Shown here piece after piece: positions 63,659-64,000 of a DNA stretch of 64,000 nt; within the stretch, counting starts at the first letter, position 1, and the number at the start of each line of letters is the position of its first letter. Source of the stretch: Dictyostelium discoideum (taxonomy: Eukaryota); the NCBI GenBank assembly GCA_000004695.1, contig CM000153.2, positions 416,001 to 480,000 on the forward strand, in the 5' to 3' direction. Under the pieces are notes generated by a model. That model had not been told where the DNA came from. It did not search any database and saw only the letters and a list, made by a program, of their open reading frames with translations. Made by a program: the position numbers and the translations under genes.

Positions 63659-64000
63659 TGGTGTTTGCATAGAGGAGATCTAAGATAGTAGGGGTAATTT
63701 TCAATAGTAATTGATAGTGCGCTCAAAATAATAATGACCTGTTTTCTCTTCTCCCTTTTTTTTTTTACTTGTACATTTTTTTTTTTTTATTTGTTTTTTT
63801 TTTAAATTTATTTTTAAATATATTTAATATTAATTTTCTTTTTTTAATTATAATTTTTTAATTATTTTTTTTTTTTAATTATATTTTTTAACTATTATTA
63901 TTTTAATTATTTTTTTTTTTACATTTAATTTTTCTATTTTTAATTATATTTGTAATTATTATTTTTATTATTTTTCTTTTTTTCTATAAATAAAATATTA

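Noticed and set aside
63661-63760. Possible U2 snRNA-like segment (contains ctaagat...agta...aattttcaatagtaattgata)
   Set aside because: Only a short, loose resemblance to the U2 5' region (GGCTAAGATCAAGTGTAGTATCTGTTC). The branch-point-interacting GTAGTA box and Sm site are missing. It is kept only as an unspecified candidate transcript.

Overview
This window is eukaryotic nuclear DNA with the hallmarks of a Dictyostelium discoideum-type genome. It is about 78% A+T overall, and intergenic DNA and introns are almost pure A/T with long homopolymer runs. Coding regions contain (AAT)n, (CAA)n and (ACA)n codon repeats that give poly-Asn, poly-Gln and poly-Thr tracts. Introns are short (about 70-320 bp) with GTAAGT/GTATGT donors and AG acceptors, and first exons are often tiny. 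I found no prokaryotic-style system (operon, CRISPR array, defence island), no rRNA and no convincing tRNA.

I reconstructed 22 protein-coding genes on both strands, roughly one per 2.9 kb. In order they are: DNA topoisomerase I; a large Asn/Gln-rich protein with a C-terminal HSP20-like domain; a taspase/asparaginase-2 family hydrolase; an RGG/GYGG-repeat protein; an Aralar-type EF-hand mitochondrial carrier; a DOMON-cytochrome b561 protein; an SH2-domain protein kinase of the shk family (7 exons, 527 aa); an NDUFA2 (CI-B8) homologue; mitochondrial ribosomal protein L4; a secreted GH9 cellulase; a CDK10-like kinase; a strictosidine-synthase-like protein; an acyl-CoA oxidase; a polyQ-rich BTB/POZ protein; ATP synthase OSCP; a TBC Rab-GAP; a GT10 alpha-1,3-fucosyltransferase; a FNIP-repeat protein; a 2OG-Fe(II) oxygenase; a UCP/DIC-like mitochondrial carrier; an acidic Asn-rich protein; and P5C dehydrogenase (ALDH4A1).

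Other signals:
- a 5-kb AT-rich gene desert containing a 100-N assembly gap;
- an apparent +1 frameshift in an A6 run inside the GH9 gene;
- a roughly 440-bp dispersed direct repeat present twice, carrying a small spliced ORF;
- a 41-bp near-perfect inverted repeat (MITE-like hairpin);
- a roughly 200-bp polypurine/polypyrimidine tract;
- tandem promoter-like duplications;
- several microsatellites, (CATA)n and (TAC)n, that are unusual for this base composition.

All splice junctions were worked out by hand from frame continuity and homology and should be checked against cDNA.
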